Part shown: one piece after another, positions 22,450 to 22,777 of the stretch
How positions within the stretch are numbered: the first letter of the stretch is position 1
How the letters are laid out: each line of letters opens with the position of its first letter
Position numbers and translations under genes: made by a program
Origin: Histomonas meleagridis 2922-C6/04-290x
Lineage: Eukaryota > Protista > Parabasalia
Direction: 5' to 3'
DNA length: 22,777 bases
Assembly (NCBI GenBank): GCA_020184695.1
Contig: JAANOX010000158.1
Coordinates: forward strand, 1 to 22,777
Notes under the pieces: generated by a model
Seen by the model: only the letters and a program-made list of their open reading frames with translations
What the model was told of the DNA's origin: nothing
The model's database searches: none

Positions 22450-22745
22450 TATTATTGTTAGAAATTATTGTTAGAAATTATTGTTAGAAATTATTGTTAG
22501 AAAAATAAATTGCTTGAAAATAGTTGTTGAAAAAAATAAATTGCTTGAAAATAGTTGTTGAAAAATAAATTGCTTGAAAATAGTTGTTTAAAAAATAAAT
22601 TGCTTGAAAATAATACTGCTTATTATTATTGTTTGAAAAAATAGATGTTGAAAAATAATACTGCTTATTATTATTGTTTGAAAAAATAGATGTTGAAAAA
22701 TAAACTGCTTGAAAAATAAATGCTTGAAAAATAAACTGCTTTATT
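22450..22745. repeat. Compound AT-rich minisatellite
   Basis: About four TTATTGTTAGAAA units, about three AAATAAATTGCTTGAAAATAGTTGTTG units and two AATAATACTGCTTATTATTATTGTTTGAAAAAATAGATGTTGAAAA units. Confidence 0.9.
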
Positions 22746-22777
22746 TTAATGTTTTTTTGAAATATTGTTTTTCTATA

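Noticed and set aside
21494-22745. CRISPR-like array, and ORF 21558-21839
   Set aside because: The repeats are tandem and degenerate, with no unique spacers or cas genes. The ORF is a by-product of the repeat.

Overview
This is an AT-rich eukaryotic window, best read as a graveyard of decayed Maverick/Polinton (polintovirus) elements in what is probably a parabasalid (Trichomonas/Tritrichomonas/Histomonas-like) genome. The host and gene-family assignments rest on my recollection of Trichomonas Maverick proteins, not on a database search. From left to right it holds two decayed host-like genes (1-1870), a 2.5 kb hAT transposon with TIRs and a near-perfect 8-bp TSD (1921-4438), and a ~15.5 kb mosaic of Maverick remnants (4885-20460). 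The mosaic contains a split AEP primase-SF3 (D5-like) helicase, a likely pPolB N-terminus, three major-capsid remnants, a penton, two fibre-like paralogues and several conserved hypothetical genes, interrupted by pogo and IS630/Tc1 transposase fragments. The window ends in a non-coding block of GC-rich hairpins, iteron-like inverted repeats and minisatellites (21374-22777). Almost every gene carries stops and frameshifts, some of which could be assembly errors. I saw no integrase, packaging ATPase, protease or Maverick TIR, and no rRNA, tRNA or CRISPR array. Pseudogene boundaries are approximate.
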